Virus record (IMG/VR): IMGVR_UViG_3300014204_000130
Coordinates: 44,146-108,145 of that record
Reading direction: 5' to 3' (one strand)
DNA from: a virus
Taxonomy: Duplodnaviria > Caudoviricetes
Length of the DNA stretch: 64,000 bases
Positions 56,264 to 64,000 of this stretch are shown in pieces; position 1 is the first letter of the stretch, and each line of letters starts with the position of its first letter. A program made the translations under genes and the position numbers. The notes below the pieces were generated by a model that was not told the DNA's origin, ran no database searches, and was given only the letters and a program-made list of their open reading frames with translations.

Positions 56264-56617
56264 ATGCCAGACATTGTATGGATTGGATTGTGTATTTTTG
56301 GATTGTATATGGTATTGGAACCTACGAGAACCGATGATTCGAAGAATAAGTGTTACTTCAAAGCACCTCCACCTCCATTACCACAATCGAATTTGAATAT
56401 ATCAATGCCAAAGTGTAAACCACCCAGATTCGATAATTCCGATTTAATAATTTTATTATCTCAGACCCATGAAATTGTAAAACATAGAAAAGTAAGACAA
56501 GAAATAATTATATGTAAAAATTGTTCGGCTCCAAAACAAAAATATTCCAAATGTGAATATTGTGGAAGTGGCGAATATCTTCCTGAAATGCCAAAATGTC
56601 AATCTGATTGGGAGTAA
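56264..56617 (+). CDS. membrane-anchored Zn-ribbon protein
   Basis: N-terminal hydrophobic segment, poly-Pro, CKNCSAP...CEYCGS. Confidence 0.6.
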   Translation: MPDIVWIGLCIFGLYMVLEPTRTDDSKNKCYFKAPPPPLPQSNLNISMPKCKPPRFDNSDLIILLSQTHEIVKHRKVRQEIIICKNCSAPKQKYSKCEYCGSGEYLPEMPKCQSDWE

Positions 56618-56831
56618 AATATGCCAGCACCAATTTTATCTATGCCTTCTTCAAATCCATCCAAACGAGAATTGTATCTTGAATACAAAACCAAAATTTA
56701 CAGATTTAATCTGATGGCAAATATAATTATTATATCGTTTATGATTGGGATTGGATTCATATTTGTTTTATTGCAATGAAAGTATTTGGTTTATAAACAT
56801 GTTCAATAATATAACTGAAAGGAATCGAAAT

Positions 56832-57905
56832 ATGGAACTTCTTAATTTTTTACGCAATGGTGGAAAACCGGAAGAGTTAACTGCGAAATATGCAATCAAA
56901 GTAACATCACATAAAAAATTTCCTAATTTACTACTGTTTAAATACAATCAGATTGACTCCCCGATGGGTGAGCGTATTGTTCAAGAATGCCGTGGGATTA
57001 TTCTGGATTCTACAGACAATTGGAAAGTTGTTTCATTTGCATATGAAAAATTCTTTAATCACGGCGAAGGACATGCTGCTCCCATCGACATGTCTACGGC
57101 CAAAGTAATGGAAAAATTAGATGGTTCAATAATGACGGTTTTCTACTATGCAAATGATTGGCATGTTGCTTCTTCTGGTATGCCTGATGCTGCTGGACAA
57201 GTAAATACATTACTTGGAGATACCTCATTTGCTCAATTGTTTTGGGCAACATGGAAAGACCTGAAATATTCAATGCCAGTAGATAAGACTCGATGTTATG
57301 CATTTGAGATGATGACCCCATATAATAAAATTATATGTATCTATAAAAAATCGAACATTGTTCTGCATGGCGTTCGTGATCTTAATACTTTACAGGAACT
57401 TGAGCCAGAGCCTATTGCTGTTAAACATGGATGGGAATGTGTTAAATCATATAAAATGAATTCATTGACTGCTGTTGCTGAAATGGCTGCAAGTTTGAAT
57501 CCAATCGACTACGAAGGATATGTCGTAGTTGATCAAAACTTTAACAGAGTTAAGGTTAAAAATTTATCTTATGTTTCTCTTAGTCATATAAAAGAGGGAA
57601 TGTCATTAAGAAGAATGATTGAAATTGTACGCACTAATGAATCTGAAGAATTTTTAACATACTTTCCTGAATTTGAGAAACTATATCGCGAAGTTCGTAA
57701 AGCATTTAATGAATTAGTGCAAGAGATTGAAGCAACTTACGAACAACATAAAAACATTGTCGTGCAAAAAGATTTCGCTCTTGCAATCAATAAGAAACCA
57801 TATACAGGTGTTTTGTTTGCGTTGCGTAAGGGTGATGTTACATCTGCGAAACAAGCTCTCCGGGGAATGAACATAGACAGACTTGGCGAATTGCTTGGTT
57901 TATAA
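56832..57905 (+). CDS. T4 RnlA (Rnl1)-family RNA ligase
   Basis: LFKY, ECRGIILD, KFFN.GE, EKLDGS, AFEM, EGYVV, RVKVK...Y. Confidence 0.88.
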   Translation: MELLNFLRNGGKPEELTAKYAIKVTSHKKFPNLLLFKYNQIDSPMGERIVQECRGIILDSTDNWKVVSFAYEKFFNHGEGHAAPIDMSTAKVMEKLDGSIMTVFYYANDWHVASSGMPDAAGQVNTLLGDTSFAQLFWATWKDLKYSMPVDKTRCYAFEMMTPYNKIICIYKKSNIVLHGVRDLNTLQELEPEPIAVKHGWECVKSYKMNSLTAVAEMAASLNPIDYEGYVVVDQNFNRVKVKNLSYVSLSHIKEGMSLRRMIEIVRTNESEEFLTYFPEFEKLYREVRKAFNELVQEIEATYEQHKNIVVQKDFALAINKKPYTGVLFALRKGDVTSAKQALRGMNIDRLGELLGL

Positions 57906-57907
57906 AC

Positions 57908-58906
57908 ATGTTCAATAACATAATTGAGAGCATTCTTGTTCGATTCAATATGGAATACAAACTAATTTCCAATGGATATAAATTTTTATTAAAATGTCCA
58001 TTTCATAAAGAATCCAATCCATCTTTAACCATAAGATCGGATACTGGATTGTATGGGTGTTTCTCTTGCAATACAAATGGTCCAAACATTGCACACTTTT
58101 TGAAACGATTACTTGGAAAAGATGTAGATATCCGAGAATTCGTTTCTGAAAAGGATGAACTTCAAATGCAATTGAATAAGATATATTCCAAGTCGGCAGA
58201 TAAACTTTTGCAATTTGATACATATTCCGAATTCTTGGAAGTGTATAAATATGAATCTCAAAATTTTGTTCCGGCAATGAACAATCCATGTTCAAGTAAT
58301 TATCTGATAAATGAACGCAAATTACATAAGAGTATAATTGAAAATTTTAACTTGAAATATGCAACATGTGGACAATATGAAAAACGAATTATTATTCCAT
58401 ATATGAATGGAAAAAAGACAATCGGTTTCAATTCCAGATTGATTGGAACTGATAAATCACAAGGTAAAGAACTAAGATATAGATATTTTCTATCTCCGAA
58501 AGAATTTGAAGGATACTTATATAATCTTGATCATGTTTCGAATAGAAAATATTGCATTCTGGTTGAAGGTCCATTTGATCTGATGTATCTTGTTCAATGC
58601 GGATTTAAGAATGTAATATCAACTTTGAATACTCGTGTAAGTAATGAACATCTTTTGAAAATATCTGAGTTTGAAAAGATTATCTTTTGTTTCGACAATG
58701 ATGAAAAAGAAACTGGAAAGAACTCCATGTTGAAAGCCGCGAAACATATTTTGAATATTCTTCCAGAGAAAGAGATTTATTACATAGATCTCCCATTTGG
58801 CAAAGATCCCAATGAATGTTCTCCTGGAGAATTGAAACTTGCATTTTCGAAAATGAATCGTCTAATATTGGACAAAAAAGAAGACCGCCATTTTCAGGCG
58901 GTCTGA
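57908..58906 (+). CDS. dnaG: DNA primase (CHC2 Zn finger plus TOPRIM)
   Basis: CPFHKE.NPS, CFSC, RIIIP, GFNSR, LVEGPFD, CFDNDE.G, KDPNE. Confidence 0.9.
   Translation: MFNNIIESILVRFNMEYKLISNGYKFLLKCPFHKESNPSLTIRSDTGLYGCFSCNTNGPNIAHFLKRLLGKDVDIREFVSEKDELQMQLNKIYSKSADKLLQFDTYSEFLEVYKYESQNFVPAMNNPCSSNYLINERKLHKSIIENFNLKYATCGQYEKRIIIPYMNGKKTIGFNSRLIGTDKSQGKELRYRYFLSPKEFEGYLYNLDHVSNRKYCILVEGPFDLMYLVQCGFKNVISTLNTRVSNEHLLKISEFEKIIFCFDNDEKETGKNSMLKAAKHILNILPEKEIYYIDLPFGKDPNECSPGELKLAFSKMNRLILDKKEDRHFQAV
58874..58904 (-). terminator. terminator at the convergence point
   Basis: Stem agaccgcc/ggcggtct with an A tract on the left, adjacent to the palindrome at 58860. Confidence 0.55.
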
Positions 58907-58938
58907 TCAAAAGGCATATCAAGAGGACTTTCAGTATA

Positions 58939-59568
58939 TCATCCCTTAGCGATAAATACATCCAATTCTTTTCTGGTTTCGGCGATTTTCTTTTGAATAT
59001 CGACGTTGGAAGTTTTGACTTCCGGCGTAACAGGTGTTTCAATGGTCTTACCCATTGCTTTCGCTTTCGCCTTCACATCAATGACCAATTGTTCTGGGTC
59101 GGGTCTGGCTTCTAAAGGAATCGCCATGATGTTCGCATTGACTTGGGGAACGGCCATCTTTTCTTTGGCTTCACCGAAAACCTGTTTCAATTCTGGAGGA
59201 ATGGCTTGGTTGAATCCTTTACCCCAATCCATAGAAAGTATCAAGTTTGCCAATCGACCACCAATCAATGCCGGTTTCCCCTTGAGAATGAATCCAACAG
59301 AATCCCAAAATTCATCCGTTCCAATCATGGATTCGGCATATCTAACCCCTTGTGTAACGGCTCCATCGTAATCCCGATGAACCCATTCCGGAAGGTTGAT
59401 ACCTGTCACATTTTCAAACTTCTCATCAATAGATGTGAGAGTTGCAACAACCGGAGCTTCCACTCCGCGAATCCAAGATGCAATCATTTTCATGACCTTC
59501 GGAATGATGAGTGAAAGCAACCAAACGCCACCACCACCAAGTGCGCCACCAATGAGTGTTGTAAGCAT
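58939..59568 (-). CDS. hypothetical membrane-anchored protein
   Basis: N-terminal Gly-rich hydrophobic helix; near the amidase. Confidence 0.6.
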   Translation of the reverse strand: MLTTLIGGALGGGGVWLLSLIIPKVMKMIASWIRGVEAPVVATLTSIDEKFENVTGINLPEWVHRDYDGAVTQGVRYAESMIGTDEFWDSVGFILKGKPALIGGRLANLILSMDWGKGFNQAIPPELKQVFGEAKEKMAVPQVNANIMAIPLEARPDPEQLVIDVKAKAKAMGKTIETPVTPEVKTSNVDIQKKIAETRKELDVFIAKG

Positions 59569-60353
59569 TAGTATGATTTTCCTTTCTTTCTCTTTGCAGA
59601 TTTTACAATCGGAAATGGTTCATCGAGGATTTCTATTTGTTCTGGTTTTCCAATGACTTCACTTTCCAAACGCAAAGGTATTTGATCTGGAATAGGTTCC
59701 GGAATTTGGGTTGGTTCTGGAATAACAACCGGAATTGGGGCATGTGCAATGACATACTGCACCCATTTGTATTCTTTGAACATGGCTTGATTCATCCATG
59801 TTTCATCAAGTCCAGACCCAATAACTGTCATTCCAGCAACTTTGAAATGTTTGTACCAGATATCTTTTGAAAGTCCGACGATGTGTGTTGGATCATCATT
59901 TCCACTTTCACTGAGTTTAATGACTTCTCCACATGTTGCAAAGTAAATAACTCCATCTGGTTTCAATACTCGTTTCAATTCTGAAAGAACATTCAACAGT
60001 TGATTCTCGGGAATATGCTCGATGACTTGTGCGGAATGGATGAAATCGAAATGTTTGTCCGGAAATGGAAGAGTTCCGTCGTATGTAAACATTCGCCCCT
60101 TGAGATTTCCAAAGGGACATTCCTTCACGTAGAAATCCGAAACGTCCACTCCGAGCATATCCACCCCGGCATCGACGAACGCGGAAGTCTGTGATCCCAA
60201 TGCACATCCGAAATCAAGACATTTCTTACCATTGAGATCTCCGAAGACCGACCGGATATACTCAACATATCGCTTTTGCCAATCTCCCTTGGCTTTCATG
60301 TCGAACAGATTCTTATTCTTACAGTATTCGTAATACTCTTTACCGTATTCCAT
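59568..60353 (-). CDS. class I SAM-dependent methyltransferase
   Basis: CLDFGCALG, GVDVS, LPFPDKHFDFI...VIEHI, RVLKPDG. Confidence 0.88.
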   Translation of the reverse strand: MEYGKEYYEYCKNKNLFDMKAKGDWQKRYVEYIRSVFGDLNGKKCLDFGCALGSQTSAFVDAGVDMLGVDVSDFYVKECPFGNLKGRMFTYDGTLPFPDKHFDFIHSAQVIEHIPENQLLNVLSELKRVLKPDGVIYFATCGEVIKLSESGNDDPTHIVGLSKDIWYKHFKVAGMTVIGSGLDETWMNQAMFKEYKWVQYVIAHAPIPVVIPEPTQIPEPIPDQIPLRLESEVIGKPEQIEILDEPFPIVKSAKRKKGKSY

Positions 60354-60355
60354 TT

Positions 60356-60895
60356 TCAAACACCTTTCACTTCAGATTCCATATGGTAGAGGGTTTCTTT
60401 CATGGTTTTAATAGCGAAAATCAAAGAATAAAGATTTTGTCCAGGACATTCTACATCTGCAAAATCTTTATGTCCATATAATTGTCTTGGTAAATCCAAT
60501 TGTGGATATTTGATTTTGATAAACTCTAATGTTTGTTTGAGAGATTTGATTTGATTTTGAGAAGGTTCTTCAATTTCCATATTCCCAATCAATGCAATTC
60601 CAATATTTCCATTATTATTGGATTTAACATGATTTCCTAGAACATCAAATGGAAGTCCTTGATAAATATTGCCAATTGGAGAAATGATTACATGAAAAGG
60701 CATATCCTTGGCATAAAGTCGATCTTGATACATTCTTTGAATGGATCTTATACTTGAAAATTCTTTGAACCCATATTTGAAAGGTTTCTCAATGTGATGG
60801 ACAGTTACTTTATCCGGATAATGCTTTTCAAATGCATATCTCGGAGAAGTAGCTTTCCATTCTTCACGCGAGATTATGTGGATTTGGTCGGTCAT
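60356..60895 (-). CDS. N-acetylmuramoyl-L-alanine amidase (PGRP/T7-lysozyme-like), probable endolysin
   Basis: IISREEW.A, VTVHH, G.IYQG, GNHV...N..NIGI.LIGN, YGHKD....CPG..LY. Confidence 0.85.
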   Translation of the reverse strand: MTDQIHIISREEWKATSPRYAFEKHYPDKVTVHHIEKPFKYGFKEFSSIRSIQRMYQDRLYAKDMPFHVIISPIGNIYQGLPFDVLGNHVKSNNNGNIGIALIGNMEIEEPSQNQIKSLKQTLEFIKIKYPQLDLPRQLYGHKDFADVECPGQNLYSLIFAIKTMKETLYHMESEVKGV

Positions 60896-61061
60896 TTTTA
60901 TGAGATCGCCTTTCTTGAAGTTCTGACTTGTCTTTGTAATATTCTTTGGTCAATATGGAACACATCTTCAAATAACATTGTCCACAACATCCAGGAACTA
61001 TCAATTCTGAATCAGATACCAATTTATTACAACGAAGACATTGGTTGGGTTGAATGGTCAT
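60864..61061 (-). CDS. small Zn-finger protein
   Basis: CLRC...CGQC. Confidence 0.45.
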   Translation of the reverse strand: MTIQPNQCLRCNKLVSDSELIVPGCCGQCYLKMCSILTKEYYKDKSELQERRSHKNDRPNPHNLA

Positions 61062-61713
61062 TTTTGAGTTCTTTCTTCAAGAAATCATTGTAATCCACAT
61101 GAAATTTTATGTAATCTCCATGAAGATTTATACATCTTACAACTTCTTGGGTATAAAGTCGAGACTCTTCCCAAATTTTGGGATCTACGCAAAATCCCGA
61201 TTTATCTTTTTTACAAGTTTCGATTACACAATTACTAGCACAGTCGGTTGTTTGATTACATCCACATAAGTGTAATGGATATCTATCATGTAACATGCAC
61301 CAGAATATTAGTAATTGCAAAGAAGTTCCGTGATTGTGGAAAATATAGTCATTTTTCCACCAATTTCTAGGAGAAGTAAAAATCATATCTACTTCTTCTT
61401 CTATTTTATAAAATGGAAGTTTTTCAGAGTTATGGTATTTAATTGGATCGTTTAAGATTCCAGGAAATAAATTTGGATATCTATCAAAGTGATTAACCCC
61501 ACTACTTGGAGCAATTGGTTCTACCCCAATAATATTTTTCAAAGTAATTCCATGTGATAAATAATCTTTAATCTTGAATGGATAACAGGAAAATGCCATT
61601 TTTGTTTTAAATAATATTGCTATATCGTTCATTCCAATTGTATTCTTATCATCAAAGAATCCATCTGGGTATGTTAATATGCTTGCATTCTTTCCAATTA
61701 TCCAAGTTTCCAT
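61027..61713 (-). CDS. putative glycosyltransferase (MAF/sialyltransferase-like)
   Basis: WIIGKNASI, IGMND, GTS, LHLCGC, compared with the IIG.GPS...I.L.G.D pattern. Confidence 0.45.
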   Translation of the reverse strand: METWIIGKNASILTYPDGFFDDKNTIGMNDIAILFKTKMAFSCYPFKIKDYLSHGITLKNIIGVEPIAPSSGVNHFDRYPNLFPGILNDPIKYHNSEKLPFYKIEEEVDMIFTSPRNWWKNDYIFHNHGTSLQLLIFWCMLHDRYPLHLCGCNQTTDCASNCVIETCKKDKSGFCVDPKIWEESRLYTQEVVRCINLHGDYIKFHVDYNDFLKKELKNDHSTQPMSSL

Positions 61714-62321
61714 TACTTATTGAAAACCTCTTTTCTAAGAAGTTTAACAAGATCCCAATTCTGACTTGCAAAAAAGAATCCTCTATCGGTTCTTTCTCCA
61801 AGTCTTGAAATGCAATCTTCAACAGTTTCAAATATTGCAAGTTTTTGATATGTATTTTTCAACATTCTTGCACCTTCACACTCGCCAAATCCAACATGAG
61901 TTGAATTTGAATCATGTGCAGCAATATGTTTAATATTATTTTTGAGCATTAGATTTACTTCTCGTTCGACATTCTTCAATGAATGATCGCCATCTATCAA
62001 TACAAAATCAAATTCTGTACTGTTCAAAGTGATATGTGAACTTTGTTTGGAAATTGTAATTTTATTGGGATGAATTGCTTTCCCCATTACATTCAGAAAT
62101 CTTGGTTGAAATTCAAGATCACAAAACGTAACACTTTGAATATATTCATCATTAAGTGCTTGAATAAATGCAATTGCACTTGCACCATCAAACGATCCAA
62201 CTTCACAAACATTTTCAAATTTTCCAAGTTTCAGAATTTGATACAACATTCGAATATGTGTAAGATCCATATTCATCTTGGTTATCGGTTTAATCAAATC
62301 TTCAAGTTCTTGGGATATCAT
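61713..62321 (-). CDS. SAM-dependent methyltransferase (Methyltransf_24-like)
   Basis: CEVGSFDGAS, FDFVLIDGDHS, IAAHD. Confidence 0.8.
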   Translation of the reverse strand: MISQELEDLIKPITKMNMDLTHIRMLYQILKLGKFENVCEVGSFDGASAIAFIQALNDEYIQSVTFCDLEFQPRFLNVMGKAIHPNKITISKQSSHITLNSTEFDFVLIDGDHSLKNVEREVNLMLKNNIKHIAAHDSNSTHVGFGECEGARMLKNTYQKLAIFETVEDCISRLGERTDRGFFFASQNWDLVKLLRKEVFNK

Positions 62322-62953
62322 GTGAAATATTCCTCTCGATGTTTTGAAATAGTTTCAAACATACTTGGTGGATTTTGGAATCCACCAAAAGAATAATGTC
62401 TAATAAAAGATTTATTCCAGAGATCCCAACCGTCTTGTTGTTTTGGATACAATGTATTCAATTTATCTGGAAGTCGATTAACGTCGATATGATCTTTACA
62501 AATTTCATCATTCAAATAATACTGTTCATATGATGGATATGTTCCAGGTGCATATTGATTATAAATATTTTCACACCATTTTCCAAGGCTTTTTGGAACT
62601 CCAATCAATCCACCATTATATTTAAATGTCTTTGGATTGTATACTTCATATCCAAGAACAACACTGGAATCATAACACATGTTAAGTTTTGAGAAATCTG
62701 TATAATCTTCAATGTTTGGAGTGCTGTTCAATGGAAGTAAATCCAAATCCCAATTGAAAATGAAATCATTATCTGGAAACATTTTATAAGACAACATTTT
62801 CATCCAAGATGGATGTGCATTTTTAACATTGAATTTACTAACATCAGTAACAATTTCATATTTCAGATTATATTTGTTAAAATAATCTGACAATATTTCA
62901 ATTGCCGGTTCAGAATATGATAAATTTCCAATATTAAAAACAACTATCAGCAT
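62318..62953 (-). CDS. GT-A fold glycosyltransferase
   Basis: HPSWMK, WDLDL (DxD), YNGGL, YEQYYLN, F.RHY. Confidence 0.7.
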   Translation of the reverse strand: MLIVVFNIGNLSYSEPAIEILSDYFNKYNLKYEIVTDVSKFNVKNAHPSWMKMLSYKMFPDNDFIFNWDLDLLPLNSTPNIEDYTDFSKLNMCYDSSVVLGYEVYNPKTFKYNGGLIGVPKSLGKWCENIYNQYAPGTYPSYEQYYLNDEICKDHIDVNRLPDKLNTLYPKQQDGWDLWNKSFIRHYSFGGFQNPPSMFETISKHREEYFT

Positions 62954-62968
62954 GAGATTTGTCCAATA

Positions 62969-63517
62969 TTAGAATTTTGACAACCAAGAAGTCAACCAAG
63001 ACCAAAGACGATAATACCATTTTGCCGGAACTTTTGCAGGTAAAATTCCAAGAATTTCATACGCCGTATTCGTAGGCCCACCTTGATTATATATTTTCAT
63101 GAAATTCGCATGTGTGAAATGTTTGGCTTTCATGTCAGGAGTTCCGAAATCCAGTTCTATATATGCTGGGGTGTATTCGTCTCCCTCATATACACGCCAT
63201 AATATCGTCCAATGTTGGATTCCCCACGATTCATTCCACCACGTTGCAGGATCATCATTTGAATGTATGAGAATGATTGTGTTTCCATTCTTGCATTCGC
63301 CATTGAGTATCTGATTTGCATCTACGATTCTATAATTCAGGTTGAGATCACACATAGCACTTTCTAAATTGGCAGGGGTGTCTTGTAAGTCTTTGAAATT
63401 GTTTATATCTGTGCAATTGTAAGCTTTATCAACTTGTTGTTGTGTTATTCCGAATTTTTCAGCCACCACACCCAAACAATCTGGACCACATGTTGCAGGA
63501 CCGCGTTGTATATGCAT
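62969..63517 (-). CDS. C39-like cysteine peptidase
   Basis: Q....CGP.CL and QHWTIL; AAGGAG RBS before ATG 63517. Confidence 0.6.
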   Translation of the reverse strand: MHIQRGPATCGPDCLGVVAEKFGITQQQVDKAYNCTDINNFKDLQDTPANLESAMCDLNLNYRIVDANQILNGECKNGNTIILIHSNDDPATWWNESWGIQHWTILWRVYEGDEYTPAYIELDFGTPDMKAKHFTHANFMKIYNQGGPTNTAYEILGILPAKVPAKWYYRLWSWLTSWLSKF

Positions 63518-63579
63518 AATTCTCCTTGTACGAGCGCCCGCCACCAACACAGATGCATCTGATGACGGGCGATAGGTCG

Positions 63580-64000
63580 TTAATGGATCGTTGCGGCTTC
63601 GAGCTTTTCGAGACGCTGAGCAAGATCCTTGATGACGAGAGCCTGAGCAGAGATAACCATGCTCAAGTTTCTACCTGAGCTATCTGATACAGTCTCCGTA
63701 ACAGTCTCTGGCTCCTCGACAACCTTAGTGACTTCGCGAGTCGTCACCGGCTCTTTACCTTCCTCAATCGCTTCACGCTCCTCAACGGGGATCTCGACCG
63801 TTTCCGTGATCGTTTTTGAGATCATGCGCCCCGTGGGAGTGATGAGAGTTTTTGTACCATACGCCAATGGAGATAATTTTGAATGGTCCACTTTCCCGTT
63901 CTTGGTTTCGTGGGAATTCACGATCTCATACGCCTGCGCGAGCGTATCAGGTGCCGCTGAACGGTCAACAAAATCGCTTGCAGTGACCATACCCTCAGCA
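63580..64000 (-). CDS. C-terminal end of a tail fibre/spike protein with an intramolecular-chaperone-like coiled coil (partial)
   Basis: GRNLSMVIS....IKDL..RLEKLE terminus; reading frame open at the window edge; GC-richer than its surroundings. Confidence 0.6.
   Translation of the reverse strand, partial: AEGMVTASDFVDRSAAPDTLAQAYEIVNSHETKNGKVDHSKLSPLAYGTKTLITPTGRMISKTITETVEIPVEEREAIEEGKEPVTTREVTKVVEEPETVTETVSDSSGRNLSMVISAQALVIKDLAQRLEKLEAATIH

Larger units (their letters stand above)
1875..58873. repeat. dispersed 14-16 bp palindrome GTCYWW-NN-WWRGAC (parS/operator-like), at least 22 exact copies
   Basis: Exact copies start at 1875, 2332, 2674, 2730, 3388, 3492, 3525, 7461, 10195, 11941, 16649, 17078, 21209, 21823, 25102, 25982, 30822, 38791, 44448, 51073, 55177, 58860. 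Near-matches at 1516, 3443, 3926, 4012, 9085, 10713, 22948, 30022, 41135, 62961. Confidence 0.9.

Noticed and set aside
1-64000. Alternative genetic code (stop-codon reassignment)
   Set aside because: Core genes are full length in the standard code, and TAA, TAG and TGA all serve as stops.

Overview
This window looks like a 64-kb slice of a large, AT-rich tailed dsDNA bacteriophage genome. It uses the standard genetic code, sigma70-type TTGACA-N17-TAnnnT promoters and AGGAG ribosome-binding sites. Layout: (i) 1-3375 holds a double-HTH regulator and a degenerate HNH gene. (ii) 3376-5980 is mostly non-coding, palindrome-rich and heavily structured. (iii) 5982-21820 is a + strand early-type region with a CCA-adding/HD enzyme, a MoxR AAA+/vWA module, many small ORFs and an HNH gene. 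(iv) 21883-53196 is a - strand replication/recombination block: 5'-3' exonuclease, Hc1-like protein, DNA ligase, a split SbcC with SbcD, RuvC-like resolvase, RecA, SSB, probable sliding clamp, DnaB, DnaC-like loader, PolB, RFC, RNA ligase, SNF2 helicase and two non-canonical tRNA-like genes. (v) 54043-58906 holds a ParB-like protein, a T4-type RNA ligase and a primase. (vi) 58939-64000 holds an amidase, methyl/glycosyltransferases, a C39-like peptidase and the end of a tail-fibre gene. The strongest unexplained signal is a 14-16 bp parS-like palindrome (GTCYWW-NN-WWRGAC, core TGTCCAA-NN-TTGGACA). I counted 22 exact copies by eye. They lie inside essential genes, in front of early-gene RBSs, inside direct repeats flanking two HNH genes, and inside the parB gene itself. 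Other notable signals: several candidate large structured RNAs (4250-4705, 5680-5960, 53270-53720), an rrn-like boxA followed by a 20-bp long-range stem, and a tRNA-repair set with tRNAs that have abnormal anticodon loops. All calls rest on motif recognition by eye; no database searches or folding programs were run.
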